Virus record (IMG/VR): IMGVR_UViG_2541047899_000011
Reading direction: 5' to 3' (one strand)
DNA from: a virus
Taxonomy: Duplodnaviria > Heunggongvirae > Uroviricota > Caudoviricetes
DNA length: 35,999 nucleotides
The stretch's first letter is position 1. The number at the start of each line of letters is the position of its first letter. The notes under the pieces were generated by a model, which saw nothing but the letters and a program-made list of their open reading frames with translations, did no database searches and was not told the DNA's origin. The position numbers and the translations under genes were made by a program. This document shows positions 8,128 to 16,005 of this stretch, one piece after another.

Positions 8128-8149
8128 CAAAAGTAGTGTTTTGGTCATT

Positions 8150-8428
8150 ATGAAGATTGAACAAATCGGAATGGCAGCTTTCAGGCAACAGGCTGAAAGC
8201 GGTGGCGTGGATGAGTTCGTCGTGCAGCGGTTCGGTGGTGTGTATCACCTCTTTGCTGTGAATCGTCGCGCCGGGGTGTCCTATTTTCTACAGGAACGCC
8301 GTGGCGATTACAAGACGTGGCTGTCTCTTGACCGTGCCGCTGCGTTCCTGTCAGGGATTGGCGTTTCACGTTTTACCGTGCGTTTTGAGGATAACAAACA
8401 TGCTGAAAAAGATGATCGGAGCCATTAA
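8150..8428 (+). CDS. hypothetical protein (92 aa)
   Basis: ATG 8150 just downstream of the palindrome; an in-frame ATG at 8114 lies at the palindrome centre; no clear SD for either. Confidence 0.4.
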   Translation: MKIEQIGMAAFRQQAESGGVDEFVVQRFGGVYHLFAVNRRAGVSYFLQERRGDYKTWLSLDRAAAFLSGIGVSRFTVRFEDNKHAEKDDRSH

Positions 8429-8813
8429 AGCCGGTCAGGCGTATCTGGGGTGGGATGATGTCCTTTATCGCCAGACGCTGGCCCGCCTGACCGGTAAAAC
8501 CAGCACCACACGCTGCAACCTCGATGAACTGCGCATCATCCGGGAATACATGCACGAACAGGGATTTCCGCGTAAAGCCCCCGCCGGTAAAGGTCGCCGC
8601 CCCCGTGTGGCAATGAGCAGAAAATCGGTATTATCCAAAATTGAAGCGTTGCTGGCTGATGCCGGTCGTTCCTGGGCATATGCGGAAGGACTGGCATCTC
8701 ACATGTATAAGCAACATGTGATCGAATGGCTGACAGATGATCAACTGTTCGGGGTGATGGTGGCGCTGACAAAAGACGCCAGAAAACGAGCCAGAGCAGC
8801 ACGTAAACAATAA
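8400..8813 (+). CDS. gemA: GemA-like regulatory protein
   Basis: 137 aa from ATG 8400; LGWDDVLYRQTLARLTGKTSTTRCNLDELRIIREYMHEQGF and C-terminal WAYAEGLASHMYKQ resemble Mu GemA; located just before mor. Confidence 0.7.
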   Translation: MLKKMIGAIKAGQAYLGWDDVLYRQTLARLTGKTSTTRCNLDELRIIREYMHEQGFPRKAPAGKGRRPRVAMSRKSVLSKIEALLADAGRSWAYAEGLASHMYKQHVIEWLTDDQLFGVMVALTKDARKRARAARKQ

Positions 8814-8818
8814 AGAAT

Positions 8819-8846
8819 CAGCCCCTGCCTTGCAGGGGCTTTTTTG
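8819..8846 (+). terminator. intrinsic terminator after gemA
   Basis: 8-bp GC stem GCCCCTGC/GCAGGGGC (8821-8828 / 8832-8839) followed by TTTTTT (8840-8845). Confidence 0.7.
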
Positions 8847-8851
8847 TGGTC

Positions 8852-8879
8852 TGTACAGGCGATCATGTATGGCTATAAT
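8852..8879 (+). promoter_or_regulatory. candidate sigma70-like promoter upstream of mor
   Basis: TGTACA (8852-8857), 16-nt spacer, TATAAT (8874-8879); about 30 nt upstream of the mor start. Confidence 0.35.
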
Positions 8880-8908
8880 AACAGTAAGTTACTACCGGAG
8901 ACGCCATC

Positions 8909-9376
8909 ATGCAGACCTTCAGTGAAACAGATCTTCGCGATGCGCAGGCACTGCTGCCCGATTCCGTGCAGCAACTGATTAGCGTGATTGGCTTCCCCGC
9001 CCTGACCCGGTTGATTCGTTCTTTTGGTGGCGTGACGTTAAGCGGTAAAACCGGCGTACACGCCGGACGCACCGGCGGTGTCCATGCCCTGTTACATGAT
9101 GTGCTGACCGAAGACGAAATCAACAAACTGATCCGCTTTCTTGGCGGTGCACCGTTTTACATTCCCCGTTGTGATCATGCGTTACGTGCCCTGCGTAACA
9201 CCCGTTTTATGGCTGATTTACAGCAGCATGTAAAAGACGGATGCTCACACCGGCAGGCGCTGGCACTACTCTGTCCCCGTTACGGGATTTCAGACCGGTA
9301 TGCATGGCAACTGATACACCGACGACAAAAACAGACTTCGCTGAAAAGCCCCACCCAGGTGGGGCTTTTTGATTAA
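8909..9376 (+). CDS. mor: Mor/C-family transcriptional activator
   Basis: 155 aa; C-terminal region with GGAPFYIPR and an HTH-like segment typical of Mu Mor/C; follows gemA. Confidence 0.75.
   Translation: MQTFSETDLRDAQALLPDSVQQLISVIGFPALTRLIRSFGGVTLSGKTGVHAGRTGGVHALLHDVLTEDEINKLIRFLGGAPFYIPRCDHALRALRNTRFMADLQQHVKDGCSHRQALALLCPRYGISDRYAWQLIHRRQKQTSLKSPTQVGLFD
9346..9371 (+). terminator. intrinsic terminator-like hairpin overlapping the 3' end of mor
   Basis: Stem GCCCCAC/GTGGGGC (9348-9354 / 9359-9365) then TTTTT (9366-9370); lies inside the last codons of mor. Confidence 0.55.
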
Positions 9377-9402
9377 TGGGCCTCAGAAAAAAGGAGACAC
9401 TT

Positions 9403-9681
9403 ATGACCAACTATACGGCACTTGGCGAGTATACGGCCTACTCAGAGCAGGCCCGGGATGCTGCCGGACGCCGCTTCGCTTATATGAAAAATCTGGCCAG
9501 CCAGCTAAACCGAATGGCCGAACAACCGGATATGGTTGTTCAGGAAGAAGCGTTGCAGTGTGCTATTGCTGACATCATCGCCAGCGAAAACGAGATGCGC
9601 GCAGCGATGGAAAAGGCGAACGCCTCTGCTCCGCTTTGTAATAAACCTCTTATTACGCCGGATTCCCTTTCCCGCTTCTGA
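9403..9681 (+). CDS. hypothetical protein (92 aa)
   Basis: ATG 9403 with AAGGAG 6 nt upstream; no Mor/C-like motif. Confidence 0.45.
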   Translation: MTNYTALGEYTAYSEQARDAAGRRFAYMKNLASQLNRMAEQPDMVVQEEALQCAIADIIASENEMRAAMEKANASAPLCNKPLITPDSLSRF

Positions 9682-9700
9682 TTTATCACCCCGCCGCTGC

Positions 9701-9718
9701 GGGGTGCTGAACTCCCCC
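9701..9718 (+). promoter_or_regulatory. late-leader motif copy 1 (GGGGTGCTGAACTCCCCC), upstream of lysis genes
   Basis: Shares GTGCTGAAC-CCC with the copies at 17862 and 29813; overlaps hairpin 9687-9706. Confidence 0.4.
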
Positions 9719-9863
9719 AGCAGTACCCACCATACCAGACCGTTTACCCTGTCCACTCAGACCACAAGGCACCTTAAGGGATAGCGCCCTGCAAAAGGCT
9801 TTTGTGCCTTTGACAGGGTGTTATTTACGGGCCGTCAGTGGCTCAGATTTACAGGAGAAACTC

Positions 9864-10256
9864 ATGTCTGAACCCTTATCAGGCGGCGGAGCTGTGGCAG
9901 TCACCATCGGTGGTGCCAGTGTGTTTGGCCTTCTCACCAATACCGATTTCGGGGTTGTGGTGGGCGCGTTTGCCGGGGCGCTTTTTGTTGTCACGCAGCA
10001 GAAAGAAATCCCGGTCTGGCGAATGGCTATCCACCTGCTCGTCGCGTTTGTGGTTGGCGTTCTGGGGGCTGGCGTGGCTGCGTCACTGATGCAGTGGCTG
10101 ACCCACTACAACGACAAGCCGCTCGATGCATTGTGTGCGGTCGGTGTCTCTGCTTTATCCATCAAGATACTGACTTTTCTTTATCAACAGGAAATTTCAT
10201 CGCTGTTCAGCCTGTTTTCCAGACTGCGCGGCGGAGGGGGCGGAAATGGAAAGTAG
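9864..10256 (+). CDS. multi-pass membrane protein, holin candidate
   Basis: ATG with AGGAG upstream; 3-4 hydrophobic helices and a charged Gly-rich C-terminus; first gene of the lysis cassette. Confidence 0.5.
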   Translation: MSEPLSGGGAVAVTIGGASVFGLLTNTDFGVVVGAFAGALFVVTQQKEIPVWRMAIHLLVAFVVGVLGAGVAASLMQWLTHYNDKPLDALCAVGVSALSIKILTFLYQQEISSLFSLFSRLRGGGGGNGK

Positions 10257-10542
10257 CCTTGCCGGTATTGTGAACGTCTGGCTGTGTCTCGCCATTGTGC
10301 TGGGGTTGTTTATGTATCGCCGCCACGGCGCAGCGCATAAACCGATGATTACCTGGCTGGCGTACTGGCTGATGCTCGGTTACATCATCATCCCGTTCCG
10401 CTGGCTGTCCGGTACATACACGCACTCCAGCTGGCTGGTTGTGGCGCTGAATCTGGTTTTCTGTGCGCTTATCGTGTGGGCGCACGGGAATTTGTCAAAA
10501 ATCCTTTCGTTACTGAGGCATCCACATGAAATCAAAAGATAA
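10246..10542 (+). CDS. three-helix membrane protein, holin/antiholin candidate
   Basis: 98 aa with three hydrophobic segments; directly upstream of and overlapping the endolysin gene. Confidence 0.5.
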   Translation: MESSLAGIVNVWLCLAIVLGLFMYRRHGAAHKPMITWLAYWLMLGYIIIPFRWLSGTYTHSSWLVVALNLVFCALIVWAHGNLSKILSLLRHPHEIKR

Positions 10543-11071
10543 AATTTTTGATGAAGTCCTGGGCAAAGAAGGCGGTTACGTCAATCACCCGGATGATAAG
10601 GGCGGCCCGACCAAATGGGGCATTACGGAAAAAGTCGCCCGCGCCCACGGATACCGTGGCGATATGCGTGAGTTAACCCGCGAACAGGCGCTGGATATCC
10701 TTGAAGCCGATTACTGGTATGGCCCGCGATTTGACCAGGTCGCCGCATTATCCCCTGATATTGCCGCAGAGCTGTGTGATACCGGTGTGAATATGGGGCC
10801 AACCGTGGCGTCCAGAATGCTTCAGCGCTGGCTGAACGTTTTCAACCTGCGCGGCAGGCTGTACCCGGATATGGATACAGACGGACGCATCGGACCTCGC
10901 ACCATCAGTGCATTGCGCGCCTTCCTGAATAATCGCGGTCAGGACGGTGAGCGGGTGATGCTGACGGCCCTGAACTGCACGCAGGGTGACCGCTATCTGG
11001 AACTGGCAGAGAAACGCGAGGCTAACGAATCGTTTGTTTATGGCTGGCTGAAGGAGCGCGTGGCGGTATGA
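10526..11071 (+). CDS. endolysin, glycoside hydrolase 108-type with peptidoglycan-binding domain
   Basis: 181 aa; N-terminal EGGYVNHPDDKGGPTKWGIT motif characteristic of GH108 lysozymes; no N-terminal TM/SAR segment. Confidence 0.85.
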   Translation: MKSKDKIFDEVLGKEGGYVNHPDDKGGPTKWGITEKVARAHGYRGDMRELTREQALDILEADYWYGPRFDQVAALSPDIAAELCDTGVNMGPTVASRMLQRWLNVFNLRGRLYPDMDTDGRIGPRTISALRAFLNNRGQDGERVMLTALNCTQGDRYLELAEKREANESFVYGWLKERVAV

Positions 11072-11250
11072 CGCGTCAGCACTGGACCCACAGAACGCCA
11101 CGTAAAGCCGCGCGCTGTGTTCTGGCCCTGTTTCTGATGATGTTGCTTCCGGTGGGATGCACAGACATTAACAGAGCGGGCCAGCTGTTTGACGCGGCGG
11201 CACAGGTCTGCCGGATTATTGACGGCATCCGGCAGTGTTCGCAGAACTGA
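11068..11250 (+). CDS. small lipoprotein, o-spanin (Rz1-like) candidate
   Basis: 60 aa; hydrophobic stretch ending LPVGC (lipobox-like), short Cys-containing mature part; ATGA overlap with the endolysin stop. Confidence 0.5.
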   Translation: MTRQHWTHRTPRKAARCVLALFLMMLLPVGCTDINRAGQLFDAAAQVCRIIDGIRQCSQN

Positions 11251-11270
11251 TTTTTTGAAGGTCTGACACA

Positions 11271-11477
11271 GTGAGCATTATCAGATTTACAGAATGCGCA
11301 GGCTCAGGGAGCACCAGCGCTGTCATGGTAGTCGCTGAACGCATCACCCATTTTTACCGTCAGTGTGGTGCATATGGTGGCACGATCATTGAGCTGGATA
11401 CCGGGAAAAACGTGTATGTTCTTGAAAATCCCGACGAAGTTAAATGCCTGATTGAACAGGCTCAGAAGGACACTTAA
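11271..11477 (+). CDS. hypothetical protein (68 aa)
   Basis: GTG start ORF between lysis and packaging genes. Confidence 0.4.
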   Translation: MSIIRFTECAGSGSTSAVMVVAERITHFYRQCGAYGGTIIELDTGKNVYVLENPDEVKCLIEQAQKDT

Positions 11478-11977
11478 TGGCGTGGTCACAGGATATCAGG
11501 GACAAAGTCCGTAACGGGTACATCTTTGACCAGCTTCCGCTGGATATCGTCGCCATGAAGTACGCCGTGCCGCACGACACCGCGCGGCGCTGGAAAACGC
11601 AGGCGATGAAAAACGGCGACGACTGGGACAAGCTGCGTGCCGCTCACGCGCTCGCCGGTGACGGGCTGGAAAGTGTCGCCCGCACCGTGCTTATCAGTCT
11701 GGTGGTGAAGTGTCAGACGACGCTTGAACGGCTGAACCAGAACCCGGACATCCCGCCGCAGGAGTCCGTCGAACTGCTGGCGAGTCTGTCTGACAGTCTC
11801 AGTAAGGCGGTGGCCAGCAGTAAAAAAATCCTGCCGGAAACCGACCGGCTCGCCACAGCACTGGAAGTGGTGCAGCGGCTCGGCGCGTTCATCAAGGAGC
11901 GTCACCCGGCACAGTATGCCGCGTTCCTTGAGGTGCTCGAAGGCTTCGCTAAAGAGCTTGAGGATAATTTCAGTTAA
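11477..11977 (+). CDS. DUF1804-like packaging protein (Mu gp27-like, putative small terminase)
   Basis: 166 aa; MAWSQDIRDKVRNGYIFDQLPL N-terminus is typical of the family preceding TerL in Mu-like phages. Confidence 0.7.
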   Translation: MAWSQDIRDKVRNGYIFDQLPLDIVAMKYAVPHDTARRWKTQAMKNGDDWDKLRAAHALAGDGLESVARTVLISLVVKCQTTLERLNQNPDIPPQESVELLASLSDSLSKAVASSKKILPETDRLATALEVVQRLGAFIKERHPAQYAAFLEVLEGFAKELEDNFS

Positions 11978-11983
11978 CCACAG

Positions 11984-12003
11984 CGGCCCGGTTTTCCGGG
12001 CCG
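11984..12003 (+). promoter_or_regulatory. GC-rich stem-loop between the DUF1804 gene and the methyltransferase
   Basis: CGGCCCGG tttt CCGGGCCG; no following T-tract. Confidence 0.4.
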
Positions 12004-12023
12004 TCTGATATTCGGGATTTGTA

Positions 12024-12764
12024 ATGCAAAAACAGATTATTGGTAACGCAACGTTGTATTGCGGTGATGTTCTTGATGTGCTGCCGGCGTTATCTGAACG
12101 TTTTGATGCCGTCATTACCGACCCGCCTTACAGCAGTGGTGGCACACACAAATCAGACCGCAGCATGGCCCCTTCGGACAAGTATGTCGGTCACACTCAG
12201 TATGCCGAGTTCACCGGCGATAACCGCGACCAGCGCAGCTGGGCGTTCTGGTGTTCCATGTGGATATCTCATGCATTGCACAGGCTGAATCCCGGCGGTT
12301 ATTTCATGGTGTTCAGTGACTGGCGACAACTACCGGCGCTTACCGATGCATTTCAGGCCGGTGGTGTGCTGTGGCGCGGTCTGGTTGTCTGGGATAAAAC
12401 GCAGGCTTCCCGTGCGCCACACACCGGCTATTTCCGGCATCAGGCCGAGTATGTGGTCTGGGGCAGCAACGGAAAACTCGACAAATGCCCGCACGGTGGC
12501 CCGTTCCCGGGTGTGATTACGCAGCGTGTCGTCCCGTCCGAAAAACTGCACATGACCGCAAAGCCGGTTCAGCTGATGGCCGAGCTGGTTAAACCGCTGG
12601 CACCGGATGCGCACGTTCTCGATCCGTTTATGGGAAGCGGGACAACCGCGCTTCCGGTTCTTGCCCGTGGCGGACGATTTACCGGCATTGAAATGACTAA
12701 CCAGTATTTTGATATCGCCTGCGCACGTCTCGAAAAAGCGCAGGCAGAAGCAGCGCAGGTGTGA
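12024..12764 (+). CDS. orphan DNA amino-methyltransferase (beta-class, N6-adenine or N4-cytosine)
   Basis: 246 aa; motif IV DPPY near the N-terminus (VITDPPYS) and motif I DPFMGSGTT near the C-terminus; no adjacent nuclease gene. Confidence 0.85.
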   Translation: MQKQIIGNATLYCGDVLDVLPALSERFDAVITDPPYSSGGTHKSDRSMAPSDKYVGHTQYAEFTGDNRDQRSWAFWCSMWISHALHRLNPGGYFMVFSDWRQLPALTDAFQAGGVLWRGLVVWDKTQASRAPHTGYFRHQAEYVVWGSNGKLDKCPHGGPFPGVITQRVVPSEKLHMTAKPVQLMAELVKPLAPDAHVLDPFMGSGTTALPVLARGGRFTGIEMTNQYFDIACARLEKAQAEAAQV

Positions 12765-12765
12765 C

Positions 12766-14406
12766 GTGGCAAAACGTAAACTTTCCATTAAAGAGTTTCA
12801 GAGAAGCTTACAGGAGTACATCGCCAACCTCCGCCAGACCATTGAGGCTGAATGTCTGGGGTTCGATGTTAACCCGCAGGCCACACAGGCCCGCCGGGCG
12901 GCAGTCTGCGACCCGGTGACGGGCTACGATTATTTTGTCGAAAACTATTTCCCGCACTACGTCCGCAACCCGGCAAAAAGCGAGCTGCATAAATACCTGT
13001 TCAGCCGTCTGCCACAGGTTGTGGCAAGCCCGGACCCGGAGAACGACGCCATCGCCGCCCCCCGTGGTGAAGCAAAATCCACGCTGGTGACTCAGTTGTT
13101 TACCCTGTGGACCATTATCCGGGCCATTAAACATTACCCGGTCATCATTATGGACAGTATCGACCAGGCTTATCCGATGCTGGAAGCCATCAAGGCTGAA
13201 CTGGAATTTAACCCCCGTTTAAAAAACGATTTCCCGGAAGTGTGCGGACAGGGGCGCGTCTGGCGTATGGGGACCATCGTCACGGCCAACAATATCAAGG
13301 TGACCGTTGCCGGTAGTGGTAAAAAACTGCGTGGTCTGCGCCACGGTCCGTACCGTCCTGACCTGGTCATCCTCGACGACATCGAGAACGACGAGATGGT
13401 GCGTAACCCGGAGCAGCGCGACAAGCTGCATGACTGGCTCACCAAAACCGTGATGCCGCTGGGCGAGGCTGGCGGTAAAACCGATATTATTTATATCGGG
13501 ACCATCCTGCATTACGACTCCGTACTGTCACGCACGCTGAATAACCCGATGTGGAAAACGGCCCGCTTTAAGGCTGTCATTCAGTGGCCTGCCAATATGA
13601 AGCTGTGGGACGAGTGGGAAGAACTCATCCGCAACAAACAGCCGGAAGCAGCAGAGGCACTTTACCGACAGAACGAAGCCGACATGCTCGCCGGGTCGGT
13701 GGTGTCATGGGCGGCGCGTCCCCTGCTGGCACTGATGAAAATCCGTGTCCGTGACGGTCATGACACCTTTGATTCTGAATACCAGAACGACCCGGTCAGC
13801 GGTGAAGATGCGCTGTTTGCTGGCTGCATTAAGTTCTGGGTTAACCGTCTTGATGAATGGGTGTTTTATGGTGCTGTTGACCCCAGTCTCGGGAAGAAAA
13901 ACAAAAACCGCGACCCGTCGGCCATTCTCGTGGGGGGCTTTAACCGCTTTACCGGCATTCTGGATGTGGTTGAAGCCGATATCCGCCGACGTCTGCCAAA
14001 CAAACTTATCGAAGACGTGATTAAGTATCAGCGGGAATACCACTGTCTGTGCTGGTCGTTTGAGTCCGTCCAGTTTCAGGAGTTTCTGCGTACCGTGCTG
14101 GTTGAGCGTTCGGCGGCGCTGGGCGTGCCGGTTCCGGCGCTGCCGGTCATCCCGCTGGAGGATAAAGCGCTGCGTATTGAGTCTCTTCAGCCGCATATGG
14201 CCAACGGCCTGATCCGCATCAGTCCGGCACATCAGACGCTGATTGACCAGCTACGCCACTACCCCAAAGCCGACCACGATGATGGCCCGGACTGTCTGCA
14301 CATGCTGTGGACGCTGGCGGTATCGCGCAGCGCAAAATTTCAGATTCACACCCCACGCAGCACCGGGCGTGACCGTGGCGGGCGTTTTGGTTCAGGAGGA
14401 TGGTAA
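12766..14406 (+). CDS. terminase large subunit (Mu gp28-like)
   Basis: About 546 aa from GTG 12766 (the ORF track extends to a TTG at 12709 that overlaps the methyltransferase); Walker-like AAPRGEAKST; position before portal. Confidence 0.85.
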   Translation: MAKRKLSIKEFQRSLQEYIANLRQTIEAECLGFDVNPQATQARRAAVCDPVTGYDYFVENYFPHYVRNPAKSELHKYLFSRLPQVVASPDPENDAIAAPRGEAKSTLVTQLFTLWTIIRAIKHYPVIIMDSIDQAYPMLEAIKAELEFNPRLKNDFPEVCGQGRVWRMGTIVTANNIKVTVAGSGKKLRGLRHGPYRPDLVILDDIENDEMVRNPEQRDKLHDWLTKTVMPLGEAGGKTDIIYIGTILHYDSVLSRTLNNPMWKTARFKAVIQWPANMKLWDEWEELIRNKQPEAAEALYRQNEADMLAGSVVSWAARPLLALMKIRVRDGHDTFDSEYQNDPVSGEDALFAGCIKFWVNRLDEWVFYGAVDPSLGKKNKNRDPSAILVGGFNRFTGILDVVEADIRRRLPNKLIEDVIKYQREYHCLCWSFESVQFQEFLRTVLVERSAALGVPVPALPVIPLEDKALRIESLQPHMANGLIRISPAHQTLIDQLRHYPKADHDDGPDCLHMLWTLAVSRSAKFQIHTPRSTGRDRGGRFGSGGW

Positions 14407-14409
14407 TTA

Positions 14410-16005
14410 ATGGCACAGCTTGTTGATATTTACGGACGCCCGCTGAAACGCGAGGCACTCAAAACCACGCAGACGGTCAGAGTGGCGGAACGGCTGCGCA
14501 TTTATCCCGACCACCCGTCCCGTGGTCTGAACATCAGAAAACTGCCGCGCATTCTGGAAGCTGCCGAACGCGGCTATCTTCCGGCGCAGGCGATGCTGTT
14601 TGCGGATATGGAAGAACGTGATGGCCATCTGTTCGCCGAGATGGAAAAGCGCAAAAAAGCGTTGCTGACGCTGGACTGGTCGGTGGAGCCGCCCCGCAAT
14701 GCCTCGAAGGCAGAAAAGGAGCTGGCCGCCGCCGTGGATGAATGGCTGCACGGTATCCCGGACATGGAGGACATCATCCTCAACGGGATGAGCAGTGTCG
14801 GTTACGGCTTCAGCTGTCAGGAAATCAACTGGGCGTTCGTGGATAAAACGTGGTTACCGGATGCGGTGACGCTGCGCCCGCATAACTGGTTTATTACCCT
14901 GCCGGAACACAATGACGAACTCCGGCTGGATGACGGCGGTCGCGGGGAAGACGGTAAGGACGGTTCCGCGCTGTGGCCGTTCGGCTGGCTGGTTCATCGT
15001 TATAACGCCCGGTCGGGATTTCTGGGTTCATCTGGCCTGTTCCGCGTACTGGTCTGGCCGTATCTGTTCAAAAACTTTGCGCTGCGTGATATGGCGGAGT
15101 TTCTGGAGATTTACGGCCTTCCGGCGCGCATTGCTTACTATGCACAGGGCACCAGTGACGAGGACCGGGACAACATTCTCGAAGCCCTGGTCAATCTGGG
15201 CCATGAAGCGGTGGCAGCCCTGCCGCAGGGTAACGAGATTGAGTTCAAGGAGGCCGCATCCGGCGGGCCGGAGGCGTTCATGTCGATGGTGGAATGGGCG
15301 GAGCGCACCACCTCAAAAGTGATTCTGGGCAGTACGCTGACCAGCCAGGCTGACGGTAAAACCTCCACCAACGCGCTGGGTAATGTGCATAACGAGGTCC
15401 GGCACGACATTCTGGCCGCCGATGCGCGCCAGCTGTCCGGCATGTTCAGCAGCCTGATACAGATGATGGCCAGCCTGAACGGCTGGCAGGATATCCCGCC
15501 ACGCCGTCTGCCGCGACTGGTGTTTGATGTGCAGCAGGAAGCCGACATTAAGGGCGTGGCGGAAGCCGTCAGCGTGCTGGTCAACAATGTGGGAATGAAG
15601 GATATCCCGGTGTCGTGGGTACGCAAAAAAACCGGTATCCCCACCCCGAAAGACGGCGAAGAGGTACTGGTGCCGGTGGCACAGCGTCTCCCTGTGCAGG
15701 CGGGCCTCAGCCAGCTGCGTGAGCGGCTGAATGTTGTTGCACTCAGTCAGCAGGACAACGGGGAGGACGACCCGGCACAGCGCGCCATCGACCGGGCAGA
15801 GCTTCCGGCAGAGGCCATCGCGCAGGGGATGAACGAACTGGTGGCCCCACTGGTGCAGGCCATACAGGAAGGCCGGGATGCAGACGAGGCCATGAACGTA
15901 CTGGCGGAAGCCTGGCCGGAGCTGCCGGATGACACGCTGCGGCAGTTGCTGACGCAGGCATTCTTTGTGGCGGATATCTGGGGGCGACTGAATGCCGACA
16001 GCTGA
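14410..16005 (+). CDS. portal protein (Mu gp29-like, DUF935)
   Basis: 531 aa; size, position and MAQLVDIYGRP...RIYPDHPSRGL N-terminus typical of Mu-like portal. Confidence 0.85.
   Translation: MAQLVDIYGRPLKREALKTTQTVRVAERLRIYPDHPSRGLNIRKLPRILEAAERGYLPAQAMLFADMEERDGHLFAEMEKRKKALLTLDWSVEPPRNASKAEKELAAAVDEWLHGIPDMEDIILNGMSSVGYGFSCQEINWAFVDKTWLPDAVTLRPHNWFITLPEHNDELRLDDGGRGEDGKDGSALWPFGWLVHRYNARSGFLGSSGLFRVLVWPYLFKNFALRDMAEFLEIYGLPARIAYYAQGTSDEDRDNILEALVNLGHEAVAALPQGNEIEFKEAASGGPEAFMSMVEWAERTTSKVILGSTLTSQADGKTSTNALGNVHNEVRHDILAADARQLSGMFSSLIQMMASLNGWQDIPPRRLPRLVFDVQQEADIKGVAEAVSVLVNNVGMKDIPVSWVRKKTGIPTPKDGEEVLVPVAQRLPVQAGLSQLRERLNVVALSQQDNGEDDPAQRAIDRAELPAEAIAQGMNELVAPLVQAIQEGRDADEAMNVLAEAWPELPDDTLRQLLTQAFFVADIWGRLNADS

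Noticed and set aside
9687-9706. Hairpin CACCCCGC-cgct-GCGGGGTG as an intrinsic terminator
   Set aside because: No U-tract follows on the + strand; it overlaps late-leader motif copy 1 and is better treated as part of that element.
9804-9863. GTG 9804 as start of the first lysis membrane protein
   Set aside because: ATG 9864 has a canonical AGGAG at the right spacing, and the upstream extension overlaps the candidate leader region.
11486-12115. 209-aa minus-strand ORF
   Set aside because: Lies entirely antisense to the conserved DUF1804 packaging gene and methyltransferase start; arbitrary-looking composition and no start context; most likely a chance open frame.
12709-12765. TTG start at 12709 for the large terminase
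   Set aside because: It would overlap the last 56 nt of the methyltransferase with no SD; the GTG at 12766 directly after the methyltransferase stop is more plausible, though unconfirmed.
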